A stretch of DNA of 64,000 bases from Candidatus Methanogaster sp. UBA203. GTDB lineage: Archaea > Halobacteriota > Methanosarcinia > Methanosarcinales > Methanogasteraceae. Position 1 is the first letter of the stretch, and each line of letters begins with the position of its first letter. The position numbers and the translations under genes were made by a program. A model generated the notes under the pieces. The model did not search any database. It was not told the origin of the DNA and saw only the letters and a program-made list of their open reading frames with translations. This document shows, one piece after another, positions 9,095-19,168 of this stretch. Location of the stretch: positions 2,596 through 66,595 of the forward strand of contig DASC01000135.1 in assembly GCA_002503595.1 (NCBI GenBank), written 5' to 3'.

Positions 9095-10075
9095 ATGGTA
9101 AATAAAAATCTATTCGTGATAGGCAGTGAGCATCTAAGGAAATGGGAACTCAAGTCATTTCTATGCGGGTTTATCTTTTTTAGCATATCTAGGAGGAACT
9201 TATGTGTAGATAATTTAAGATACGTAATTGCAAAGATGCGCAATAAGGGGGTAGATTACACTAAAGTAAAAGTAAATGATAATTTAATGTATATAAATTT
9301 TAAGGATAATGGAATCTCTAAGGAACTTTATATCCACCGGAAAAGAGAGCATTTTTCAACTGAATTCATAAAAGAAATTATTAGCGAAGACGAAATCATA
9401 ATTGATATAGGAGCTAATATTGGATACTATGCCTTATTAGAGTCTCAATTGGCAAATAAGGGAATGGTGTATGGTGTAGAGCCCATACCTTCAAATATGA
9501 ATTTATTGAATAGAAATATAGAATTGAATAATCGCAAGAATTTTTCTTCTTTTCAATGTGCTATAAGTGATAAAAATGGTGAAGCGAAAATGTATGTGTA
9601 TGACAAATGTAATTGGTGTTCCTTCACAAAAGATCCAGGCGGTAATATAATAGATGAAATCGAAGTTCAAACAATGACGTTAGATAAGTTTGTGGAGTCT
9701 TGTGTCTGTCAAGATCCTACGTTCATTCGAATGGATTCTGAAGGACATGAATATCAGATAATCAAAGGTGCAGCTAACATTTTTAAAAAAAATAATCCAC
9801 TAAAATTATGTATAGAATTGCACCCCCACTTGATGCCAAGGAAAAACATGGAAGAACTGATTAACAATCTAAAACAAAGTGGTTTCAAAGTGATGGCAAT
9901 ATTTTTAGATTCAACCCCCTATAACTATAAAAATATTAATACAATAAATAGATTGTGTAGAGCAATGAAAATTCCTGAATTTGGGTTTGCAGGCAATAGT
10001 TACGAAGATATATACAAACTATTAAAAGAGAGATGCTACGCACCCATTGTTTTTTTTGAAAGAGGAAAAGCATAA
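9095..10075 (+). CDS. FkbM-family SAM-dependent methyltransferase
   Basis: IIDIGANIGYYAL (SAM motif I), VYGVEP and FQCAISDKNGEAKMYV are present. The true start may be the ATG at 9236. The gene is very AT-rich. Confidence 0.7.
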   Translation: MVNKNLFVIGSEHLRKWELKSFLCGFIFFSISRRNLCVDNLRYVIAKMRNKGVDYTKVKVNDNLMYINFKDNGISKELYIHRKREHFSTEFIKEIISEDEIIIDIGANIGYYALLESQLANKGMVYGVEPIPSNMNLLNRNIELNNRKNFSSFQCAISDKNGEAKMYVYDKCNWCSFTKDPGGNIIDEIEVQTMTLDKFVESCVCQDPTFIRMDSEGHEYQIIKGAANIFKKNNPLKLCIELHPHLMPRKNMEELINNLKQSGFKVMAIFLDSTPYNYKNINTINRLCRAMKIPEFGFAGNSYEDIYKLLKERCYAPIVFFERGKA

Positions 10076-10094
10076 TATAAATTCAAAGATAACT

Positions 10095-11345
10095 TCAAAC
10101 CCACCCATTCCTCCACACCATCACCCCCACGTACACGCTCCCAACCACATTCCCCACCACCCACGCATACCCCACCCCAATAACCCCAAATATAGTCATA
10201 AACACATACCCAAGCCCAACCACTAGCCCACAGATCACCCCACTCAGAACCACAATCCCACGCACATCCTTCTGAATCCTCTTGATCGCAAAATAAACAT
10301 AATTCACCCCGATAAACAAACTTGCTACAACCATCACCCGCAGCACCCCCAACCCACCTCCGGCATAATCCTCCCCGATCACTCCAAGCGCTACGCCACC
10401 GCAAACATACAGCACAGCCGCAGCCGGAACCAGCAGCGAAAAGATAACAATCAGCGACTTTACAACGGTTCTTTTCAATGCCGCACCATGGCTGCCCTCA
10501 ACAAAGAGCGATATGCTGATCGCATTCGGTATCATGAAGAGCAGAGACACTACTGCAAACGCGATATAATAATACGCCGCCTGCTCGGCCCCGAGCATGT
10601 TCAGAACCATAATCGGTATTATCATATTCGGAGCCGCCATGAAGATGCCCACAAGATAATTACCGGCAGAGAAATGAAATGCATCGTTCAGAAAGCCACG
10701 ATCAACCACAAGCATAGGTCTGATCCCTAAACTTATTAGAAAAACAACTGCAATCGAAAGCGCAAACAGAAACGATATTCCGACTGCGCTGAAGATGCCG
10801 ATTGCTCCGAGTGTGGTGAGGGGGATTAAGAAGATGACTCTTGAGCCGACGACAATGCTCTGAAAAAACTGAAACTCAGCTTTTCGTATTGCGACAAACG
10901 AGATTCCAGTTAACGCGGTCACAGAACTTGCTGCAAGGAAGATTAAAAAGAGTGATGCGTTCTGCGGCGATTTTAGAAGATCAAGTTCTGGCGAAACTGT
11001 ATCCACACCTGCGATGAATATCGTACCGAGTAGAACCGCGAAAAATGTTGTTACGAGTGCAGATGTACTGAATGTCCTACTCTTATCATTTGTCGGGAAG
11101 AATCTGATAACCGAGAAGTCCAAACCTAATCTGGAGAGTGAGACGAGCAGAGCCATTAAGGAGATGAGCGCAGCTGCGATGCCAAAGTCTTCCTTCAGAT
11201 ATAACTTTGCCGCAAGCATCCAGAAGATGAAGCCGAAGCCTGCGCTTGATATGTGTGTGAGCACGATGAATAGAGAGTTTCTGAGGAGATGGTCATGGAA
11301 GCAGTGGTTCATCTCTGCTCTGGTTTTTGGCATTCTGATTTTCAT
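10095..11345 (-). CDS. Polysaccharide/oligosaccharide flippase (Wzx-like, MOP superfamily)
   Basis: 416 aa, hydrophobic throughout with about 12-14 helices. Its position in the glycan cluster fits a flippase. Confidence 0.7.
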   Translation of the reverse strand: MKIRMPKTRAEMNHCFHDHLLRNSLFIVLTHISSAGFGFIFWMLAAKLYLKEDFGIAAALISLMALLVSLSRLGLDFSVIRFFPTNDKSRTFSTSALVTTFFAVLLGTIFIAGVDTVSPELDLLKSPQNASLFLIFLAASSVTALTGISFVAIRKAEFQFFQSIVVGSRVIFLIPLTTLGAIGIFSAVGISFLFALSIAVVFLISLGIRPMLVVDRGFLNDAFHFSAGNYLVGIFMAAPNMIIPIMVLNMLGAEQAAYYYIAFAVVSLLFMIPNAISISLFVEGSHGAALKRTVVKSLIVIFSLLVPAAAVLYVCGGVALGVIGEDYAGGGLGVLRVMVVASLFIGVNYVYFAIKRIQKDVRGIVVLSGVICGLVVGLGYVFMTIFGVIGVGYAWVVGNVVGSVYVGVMVWRNGWV

Positions 11346-11369
11346 GCAACTCCGTCACACGCACAATTT

Positions 11370-11639
11370 TCACGGCTTCCAAACTATGAGCCACTCAACC
11401 CGCTCAAAATATTTGTCGTTGGTTGTGATGTTTTTGATCCTGTGTTTTTTCATTATTGCGAAATGCATAGCATCATTCGATAACGAACCATATTTTTTAG
11501 AATACTTCAAAGCAATTCCAAATACCTCCTTGGTCATTTCAACAATTTTTAAATTTTCAATCGCGTTAATGTTCAGTACAACATCCCATGCTTTGTTCAG
11601 TTCTCCCATAATTGCCCAATTCTTCTTCAAATACTTCAT
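11370..11639 (-). pseudogene. PIN-domain toxin fragment (C-terminal two thirds)
   Basis: SLSNDAMHFAIMKKHRIKNITTNDKYFERV is the C-terminal PIN signature. The N-terminal Asp-containing strand is missing, and an upstream in-frame stop lies close to the IS1-like element. Confidence 0.45.
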
Positions 11640-11768
11640 TGTACAGTGTGTATTTACCCCTATTAATGTGTTCTAAGAAACTATTGTGTGGTTCAGCATA
11701 TTCCCAGTGATCAAAAATTTGGTAATGTCCTAATCCAAGATAGTTAATTGGAAATAGAAAAATTCGTG

Positions 11769-12850
11769 TCATGTCCACAGGTGATCTGCCAATCCCTCTA
11801 ACATTGCAGGGGAACTTCTTCTTTTGAACCCGTTTATGAAATTCCAATAGAATTGAAACAGTTGGAGCGAACATTTCAGCATCCACCTCCGTTTTGAGAA
11901 ACATTTTGTCTTCCGTACCAACCTACCAATCCTTTCCCTGAGTATCCCGTTGTAGTTCTCGACGTCGGTGGTTTCGTACATGTTCAATATCGTGTGGAAT
12001 TTTTGGATAGAAATTTGCAAAACCACCACTGGCCGCCAGTTCCCTAAACCCAACAATAGTGATTTACCACAACTTATTGAGCAAGTACGTGGTTTCTATA
12101 TCGCCGGGATCCGGGTTACCGTATATTGTCCTTTTCTCCTTGCGGACGACTCTTCCATTCTCCCTGATCTTTACAAGCTGCCCATAATCGATACAGGTAT
12201 CCACATAATAATCCGGTAAAACATAAGTGTAATCGTCGTTTCCATCGGTGAATACCTCCATTTTAGTCTGCGGAGACGGCTGCTCCGTTCTTTCAGATAG
12301 CTTCTCTATCATTCTTCCACAAGTCTCCTGGGTCCATTTCCCAACTGAAAAAGCCACAAAGAAGTATGTGCTTCACTTTATGCAGGTGTAGATCCATGCA
12401 TCACCCTCTTCAGTCCAATTCGGGCTGCCGGGCTCAATATTTTTTTGTTTTTTTGATAAAGCTCCACAGTTCATCGCATTCGAATGGGGTAAGCCCGAGG
12501 GTCTTTATGAGATACTCATTCATCTCTGCCGCATGTTCAGCCATATCCTCCAGCAATCTACCTATCGTGTCCCTATGGTGACCTGTGATCCGCTCGATAC
12601 TCCGTAACCCGTTCTTCTCTACCAGATGCTTGCAAATATTGATTATTTCACTTTCGGGCAGTTGTTTCCGGTATAACGGAGTGCCCTTCGTTTCCATGAA
12701 ATAGGTTTCGCAATGCTTGCAGTAATACCTCTGATGGCCGGTACTCTTGTACTTACCGCTTTTGATAATGTCTTTCCCAGCTTCTTTTCGGTAATAACGA
12801 CACCGGGGGTTCTGACAAACAACATCGATTTTTCCTCTTGGTCGCGCCAT
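11769..12850 (-). pseudogene. IS1-family transposase (InsA/InsB-like), decayed
   Basis: The N-terminal Zn-finger/HTH ORF (CQNPRCRYY..YYCKHCETYF) ends in an A7-C-A7 run (12440-12454), the typical IS1 -1 slip site. The continuation carries an in-frame TGA and further frame breaks. The DDE-region motifs DGNDDY and VENYNGILRERIGRLVRKTKCFSK are present. Confidence 0.65.
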
Positions 12851-12876
12851 GGTGTTCACCAAGAGAATGGTTCCGT

Positions 12877-13971
12877 TGCATACTATAATAGACCTGTTGC
12901 GAAACAACACCCACTACACGAATTATACGCCCCAACCCTCCATACGACTCCCTCGATTTAGCAGCGTTTGAGGTGGTAATTCCACAATCCACAGGATATT
13001 AACATAACTTTATCATCAAACTCCTCTTTTTTGTTGCGAAACTTATCAGAAACTATCCTGAACCGCTTAACACCCCCAATAGCGTGCTCCACGAGGACTC
13101 TGAAACCACTGACAATCCGGTTCCACGCCTTCGCATCGTCGGTCAATTCTTTTCCTTTCGGCTTTTTCTTCGACATCATGACGACCGCATCGGTATAATC
13201 CTTTTCAACGCCAAGAAATCCCAAATCCATCCACGAAACCACATTTCTTGCAAATATTCCATACGGCGGTGGAAATTTCATCCTTGAACATCCGATAATC
13301 ATGCTTTTTACCCTCCATAGTTGGGCTTAAATAGCCAATTCGTCTTTTCTTGTTGGAGATGATTATATTCTTCCGGGTATGCATCTTCTTCTTGCCGGAG
13401 TAGTTTTTCTTCTGCTTCTCGTTGTCTTTTGGTCTTTGGATTGGTCTCTCGGTGCCGTCGATGAACAGATCCCTTACGTCGGGAAATATCGCAAACAACT
13501 CTTCTACAGTCCTTATTTTTCGCTTTGGTAACGTTGTCTCCCTACTGAGCGCTTTCTCCAATGCCAGTGTTAATTTATGGATATTACGGTTTGCATTCGA
13601 TCTGTTAAGATCAAATACGAATCCTAAGATATCAAAAGTTGGATAACACTTGAAATAGAAGAGCGTGAAGAATAACTTCTCCGCGTCACTTTCTAAATTT
13701 CCTATTCTTCCGCCACCAGGCTTCCTTTCTCTACCCCCAAGTTTAACTCCTGTTTCATACCTAATCCACGCTTCATTTTGAAGTTCTTGTCCGAAACTAC
13801 CCGTCGGTTTGTTAAATTCGGATGCAGATAATCCAGTCATGGCTTTCAGCAGTCTATCGTCATTTAACGCTCGATCGAAGTTTAGCATATTTCATGAGAT
13901 ATATCTCACTTAATTTAAAGCTTTTTGGTTGAAGTGGACGCTAATTGGCAACAAGTCTAATAAACTATCGT
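12877..13971 (-). mobile_element. IS5-family (DDE_Tnp_4 / Harbinger-like) insertion sequence with a frameshifted transposase (12958-13888)
   Basis: Imperfect inverted repeats are ataatagacctgttgc (12885-12900) and gcaacaagtctaataa (13948-13963). Transposase motifs seen are LFIDGTERPIQRP, NYSGKKKMHTRKN, MDLGFLGVEKDY and RVLVEHAIGGVKRFRI. One frame change lies near 13205-13302. Confidence 0.6.
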
Positions 13972-13982
13972 AAATTAGGACA

Positions 13983-14426
13983 CTACCAAAAATCTTCGCT
14001 CAAGATCTCAACCAAAAACTGATTTTCCTCTGGAAGCCTGCATCTACGCAGATGCGCGATTGTGGCAAGCGAAACCGTGAACACCGACAGAACAATTAGT
14101 GTCGGTATCAACCGAATCCCAAAAGGCGTGTAATTCAGTGCCAGTCCGAGCAACGGCACAACTGCGATGCTCAACCCAAAACTAAGTGCGATCCGCTCAA
14201 TCCCATCCAGGTCATCCTGCCCCGGAAACAGTGCCGCAATCAACGAATATCCGGGAAGGAAAAGCACCAACAAAAGACCAAGTAAAAGTCTCACTGACGT
14301 TTCGTTCAGTGGTGAGACCAGAACAAACGGTATGCATAAAAACGTGAGTAAGATCACAAGTGCAAGGTCTTTTTGAAAGTTTAGCATAGTCTGCATCTTT
14401 TTTTCACCTTGTTTCATTGGTATCAA
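13983..14426 (-). pseudogene. DUF1616-family membrane protein, N-terminal TM part only (likely truncated by the adjacent IS)
   Basis: LLGLLLVLFLPGYSLIAALFPGQDDLDGIERIALSFGLSIAVVPLLGLALNYTPFGIRL is the DUF1616 signature. At 147 aa it lacks the usual large extracellular domain. The ORF ends 12 nt from the IS5-like terminus. Confidence 0.55.
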
Positions 14427-14599
14427 CGTTGAAGTCGATGATGTATTCGGTTTTGTTTCTTATCGTGATACCTTCTTAATCCTTTGCATGCGCTTCCAAG
14501 TTGCATAGTAAATCTGACGGGGTTGGTCATTGTCGTGGAGCCAAAGAACATTCCAACCACAAAAAACCCGCCCCAGTGTCATTTACCATTTTTACCGTA

Positions 14600-17500
14600 T
14601 CACGGACTGATTTTATACACCAGTGTGTCATACGGATGTAATTCTATAAGTGCGATATACATTTTTCCATCTTCTGCACTCTGTGTAGATGTAATGTTCG
14701 TTACTAGTTCTTTGACTTCCACGCTAGTTCCATCAAAACCAAGTTTTGACAGGCCCACAGATAACACGCCACTTTCTGTCATGGAACTGCGGCTGGCAAC
14801 GGTATAGTATAAACACTCACTTAGATCACCATATCGTTCAAATTTTATATCGGGATTATCGCACGCCGCATACGGTATCGGCTCCCAGCCAGCAGCCGAT
14901 ATCTCTCTGATTATTGGAATGCATTTTTTGAATAGGTCGCGATCTCTTTCGTAGAATGTATCGTTATTCCAATATCGATTGTTTCCGTATATTTCTTCTG
15001 GTGACACAATACCGAAGGTTGGGAACATACCATAGAACATCTGCTCATCCATGTAATTTTCTACCTCATTATGAGTGATTGGGTCATCTCCATATTGTTC
15101 CCAATGTAATAAATTGGAATTTGTTTTTTGATAACTCATTGTGCGACGTAGCGACATATCACTATCACTTCTTTTTATATGCCAGACTTCACCGCCTAAT
15201 ACGTCAATTAGATGTTCATAATAAGAGTATGCGTTCGGGAATATGTTCGCATTGACAAGTTTGTCCATATTGGTCATGTTTTTACGTATCGATGCAAGAT
15301 ATTCATATTGAGATAATGTGCCCAACAACACAGGTTGCTTGGTATTATAACTGAATACTAGTGGATAATCGGTGTATTCCCAATGTTCTCTTCTATAGTT
15401 TTCAATTTCTGGCCAGCACCAATTACTGTGGAGTGAGTCCACGTAAAATCCACTAGATGGATAATCGCTTGCATTATATGTCGATTCAAAACTATGATTT
15501 TCAACTAAATTGATATCACTGTCACTTTCATGCAATTCAACATCATCAAACCAGAATGTGCCATACCCACTATAGATGTTAGCATATACACGTACATACG
15601 CGGTATCCGTGGTTGTTGTGAACGTTGCAGTTTTTTCTGTCCAGTTGGTTGTTCCGAAACCGAAGTCCAAATTTTTCTGTGCTATCCATGTTCCATTGCT
15701 GTCGTACTCTGCTGCACGCACACAAGGAGAATAAGTACCGCCACAGTTCAGTGTCTTTCCCCAAACTGAGAAATTGTATTTTGTCGATGGTGTAACCGAT
15801 ATGTGATCGGTTATTAAACTACCAGACATTACATCAAATGTTCCCAGTATCTCAATTTTGCCTGCGTAATTGCCACTGTGTGCAATGGTATCTATCGAGA
15901 GATTTGAACCAAATGACCAGTGATATGCATAAAAGCCGCTCTCGTTCGATCGATCGTATTCAGCATAACTGATCTCACATCGGTTTGGAGATGGAATGTC
16001 TGGATCGGGATTTTCAGGATAATTCTGTTGCCATGTACCATACTCATGCCAGCGGTAGGGGTCATCCAAATGGTGATTTTTATTCTTATCATACGGTGCG
16101 GAGTTCAACACTGCTTCTGCTGCAAACTTTGTTATTACCACGTCTCTCCACATTCCAATACCGTTGTTGTAATCATCCATCAGTGCTACAATCTTCTCGT
16201 CGTAACTCGGTTCTGTGGAATTATCTCCAAAACTCCGCCACCAACCCCATGGTTCAGTGTATTGCATCGGATATATTCCATGCTGATGATCATAAACACG
16301 TCTTGATATGGGATGATAATGCGAGTCATCAAACGCAAAACCAAAATCACTCGCATTCGGTATATCTGATGTGTCACGCCGCACCCACAACCCCTCCCAC
16401 TCATTCCTCTTCACAAAAAACTCCGGATACAGTTCATAATACTTCTTCGCGACCGCCCGAAACCCCCACTCTGGCCCGTCCACCTTGTACACAATAAACG
16501 TAAAGTTGGCATGTCCTGCCCCAATCTTATCAGTACAGTTCGCAAGCCCGAAGTCATACTCGATCGAATATCCTCCTGCACCAGTATCATACCCGATCCG
16601 GTAGATCCTCGGCACATCCATAGGAACAGCGAGACTCAAGCCCTGCGCATCTTCACCGACAAACGTGAACGAATATGTGTTCTGTGTCCGCATTTCCCCG
16701 ATCTTGTACACATTCTCATACCGCACCCCAGATCCAATCGCCCTGCTCTCCCTGATATAATCGCCCCACTGCCATCCAGTGGCGTCCACAGGCAGAACAT
16801 ATTGCACCTGAATCGCCCGGTCCACGCCTCTCAGATCCAGCACATCGCCATGCACCTCAATATACCGGTCTCTCGGTATGTAATCGAATCTGAATGCAAT
16901 ATCCGAACTGGTCACGTACTGCGTGATGCTACCATCATAGTTCTTCTCAACCGCACTCACAAGCGGGATCTTCCCGGTCCCACACATTCCAAGCGTCACA
17001 TCATCGACCCAGAACGTGCCGTAACTCTCCCAGATATTCGCATACACATAGAGTTTGCTGACATCAGAACTCGTGGTAAAACTGGTTTTCTTCTCCTCCC
17101 AGTCAGAATCCCTACCAAAAACTAAGTTGTGCTGTGTTATCCATCCGCCACTACCGTTAAGCTCCACCACACGGACTGTGGGCGAATAACTCCCATCAAC
17201 ACCGCTACTCTTACCCCGCGCTGAAAAGGTGTACACTGTACCCGGTTTCGCATCTATCAGGTCGGATTTCGGATAGCCGCTTTGCATATCTCCGGTTCCC
17301 GGGACATTGATCCGTATCGATCCCGGGCTATCATGTCCTTCTGACGCATCATAGACCACAGTCCCGGCGCGACTTACAAACGTCCAGTTCAGTGGCACAT
17401 CACCACTCACAGTCTCGAACCCGGGATTTGCAATAAGGTTCTCTGAGATGGTTGAAGATAATTCCCTGAAGGAAAAGCCACCCGGCACGGACAGCATAGG

Positions 17501-18562
17501 CATCTCGACATCATCTATCGATACGCCGCTGACCGCTCCGCCCTCTGCAAGACTAAATTCGAGACCATCATACGCACGCACACTGAGTTCACCAGCATCC
17601 CCCGCCGCCGTCTCGCCCGTCTGATTGACCCCTGTCTCGCTCACATTCCCACCCACATCAACCGTCCGCACACCGATCTCGTAACAACTACCGGAATCAA
17701 GCCCGGTCGCATTGTAGAACGAATCCGGTGTGACTCCCATGTACGTCCCGTTCAGGTGAACCGTCACATAAGCGAATCGTACATCAGCAGGGTTTGTCCA
17801 TGTCCAGTTGATCCACGTCCTGCCCGCGGTATACCCAAGATCACTGATGCCCGGAAGCGGTGCTTCATACACTTCCAGCGCCACATCCTTGACCTGGAAC
17901 GTGCCGCTGCATTCCCATGTGTTCATAGACACATAGAATTCACTGACATTGGGGCTCGTGGTGAAGGTGATCTCCTTTTCCACCCAGCCATAACATCTGC
18001 TGAAACTCAAGTTGTGCTCTGTTATCTTTCTGCCACTACCGTCAACTTCCATCGCGGTGACGAGCGGCTCATAAGTCCCATTAAGATCGCTGCTGATGCC
18101 CCGCGCAGAAAGGATGTATGGTGTATCAGGTTCCGCCACCACCATATAGACGCCGGATGGAGCCACTCCACCCCCGCCCGCGCCGTCACTTCCGTCCACT
18201 GCATCCGGTTCATGCCATGCCGGCTCATGTTTCGGATCTCCGCTCTTTGCGCCGCCGGTTCTGGAAAAGCCTGCTTGTGCCGTGTCAGTGTTATCCGCTC
18301 CTTTGGCACCTTCAGCAGCATCAGAAACCGCACCCCCAGCGCGGCTTGCGGTTACGTTAACCCCGTGACCTGCAGCAAGACCCCCCGACCCTGCAGCAGA
18401 TAACTCGTTATCTGTATGTGAAATCTGTTCGTTGGATGTGAATGCATCCGCAAAAGTTCCGGGTGTTAATGTGAATAGCAAAAGCGATATAGTCGCGATT
18501 GCCAGCAAATACCCGCTGTACTGGTAGTTATATGTGTTTTTTGGAAGTGCAGTGCTATACAT
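14600..18562 (-). CDS. Giant secreted or cell-surface protein: signal anchor, G/A-rich linker, FN3-like module, three CBM4/9-like (galactose-binding-like) repeats and an uncharacterised core
   Basis: The 1320-aa ORF is intact. The N-terminal hydrophobic anchor is YLLAIATISLLLFTL. A repeated module carries GxY(E/S)P.V...E.(D/N)(G/S)(S/N)G..I..(H/K)NL.F......W.EK...FTT and ends in GTF(W/Q)(V/F)(D/K)DV.L. The FN3-like segment is TWINWTWTNP..YEIGVRTVDVGGN. Confidence 0.8.
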   Translation of the reverse strand: MYSTALPKNTYNYQYSGYLLAIATISLLLFTLTPGTFADAFTSNEQISHTDNELSAAGSGGLAAGHGVNVTASRAGGAVSDAAEGAKGADNTDTAQAGFSRTGGAKSGDPKHEPAWHEPDAVDGSDGAGGGGVAPSGVYMVVAEPDTPYILSARGISSDLNGTYEPLVTAMEVDGSGRKITEHNLSFSRCYGWVEKEITFTTSPNVSEFYVSMNTWECSGTFQVKDVALEVYEAPLPGISDLGYTAGRTWINWTWTNPADVRFAYVTVHLNGTYMGVTPDSFYNATGLDSGSCYEIGVRTVDVGGNVSETGVNQTGETAAGDAGELSVRAYDGLEFSLAEGGAVSGVSIDDVEMPMLSVPGGFSFRELSSTISENLIANPGFETVSGDVPLNWTFVSRAGTVVYDASEGHDSPGSIRINVPGTGDMQSGYPKSDLIDAKPGTVYTFSARGKSSGVDGSYSPTVRVVELNGSGGWITQHNLVFGRDSDWEEKKTSFTTSSDVSKLYVYANIWESYGTFWVDDVTLGMCGTGKIPLVSAVEKNYDGSITQYVTSSDIAFRFDYIPRDRYIEVHGDVLDLRGVDRAIQVQYVLPVDATGWQWGDYIRESRAIGSGVRYENVYKIGEMRTQNTYSFTFVGEDAQGLSLAVPMDVPRIYRIGYDTGAGGYSIEYDFGLANCTDKIGAGHANFTFIVYKVDGPEWGFRAVAKKYYELYPEFFVKRNEWEGLWVRRDTSDIPNASDFGFAFDDSHYHPISRRVYDHQHGIYPMQYTEPWGWWRSFGDNSTEPSYDEKIVALMDDYNNGIGMWRDVVITKFAAEAVLNSAPYDKNKNHHLDDPYRWHEYGTWQQNYPENPDPDIPSPNRCEISYAEYDRSNESGFYAYHWSFGSNLSIDTIAHSGNYAGKIEILGTFDVMSGSLITDHISVTPSTKYNFSVWGKTLNCGGTYSPCVRAAEYDSNGTWIAQKNLDFGFGTTNWTEKTATFTTTTDTAYVRVYANIYSGYGTFWFDDVELHESDSDINLVENHSFESTYNASDYPSSGFYVDSLHSNWCWPEIENYRREHWEYTDYPLVFSYNTKQPVLLGTLSQYEYLASIRKNMTNMDKLVNANIFPNAYSYYEHLIDVLGGEVWHIKRSDSDMSLRRTMSYQKTNSNLLHWEQYGDDPITHNEVENYMDEQMFYGMFPTFGIVSPEEIYGNNRYWNNDTFYERDRDLFKKCIPIIREISAAGWEPIPYAACDNPDIKFERYGDLSECLYYTVASRSSMTESGVLSVGLSKLGFDGTSVEVKELVTNITSTQSAEDGKMYIALIELHPYDTLVYKISP

Positions 18563-18981
18563 GTCAGTAGCCTCCGTATCTAATCATCATGAGATGCGGC
18601 AAGGGAAAATGCCCCCACTCCCCCCCACACTTATCTCATGATAATAATGATTATGACATTCATAGTATAAAAAGTTAACGGTCACGCGTCATGTCAGCTA
18701 AAACCCCGTGTCGCGTCAGATAAAGCCCCGACCGTCGTCAGGTAGACGCGTCGCTACCGGTTTTGACGTGCCAGACATCATCCCGATTCAGGTTGTGGCA
18801 GGCAACAGACGCAATCCTGCACAGACACGATCCCGCCGTCTGCCGAGATGGACGATCTGAAAAGAGGCAGCTATCAAGAGCGAACGTGCGGTCAAGCCGC
18901 TGCAAGCGCATCACCTGGATCTGGTGTGTGGTTTGAAGATCAGGGATCGAGGATAAACCTCAAAAAAGCGTAACTACTCAT

Positions 18982-19152
18982 GGGCACTGTCTGAAAAGCC
19001 AGTGATTTATCACCGCGGAATACGAAGTATCGCCGAAGGCCGAACGCGGAGGGCACAGAGTTTCGAGACTGTATAAGTCCTCTGCGTGGCTTTGCGCACT
19101 CTGTGGTAGAATCTAAGGGCGTGGCGATATCACTGGAAAAATCGAGAGTGCC
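18982..19152 (+). repeat. MITE-like repeat, copy A (about 171 bp)
   Basis: It aligns along its length with 61394-61565. Shared elements are atttatcaccgcggaatacgaagtatcgccgaagg, the triple motif ctctgcgtgg-ctttgcgca-ctctgtggt, and the termini ggcactgtc / gagagtgcc. Confidence 0.75.
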
Positions 19153-19168
19153 TGATGCACATAAGAAG

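Noticed and set aside
10036-10404. 122-aa minus-strand Gly/Trp-rich ORF, and the His/Pro/Thr-rich plus-strand ORF at 19588-19809
   Set aside because: These are alternative frames of the flippase 3' end and its paralogous fragment, and their composition is low-complexity.
11014-11676. 220-aa plus-strand ORF
   Set aside because: It is antisense to the flippase gene and extends into the PIN fragment region. Its hydrophobic pattern mirrors the antisense of a membrane protein.
15530-18403. Multiple plus-strand ORFs (for example 15985-16497, 16511-17125, 17756-18403)
   Set aside because: All lie antisense within the uninterrupted 1320-codon minus-strand ORF, which has clear repeated domain structure.
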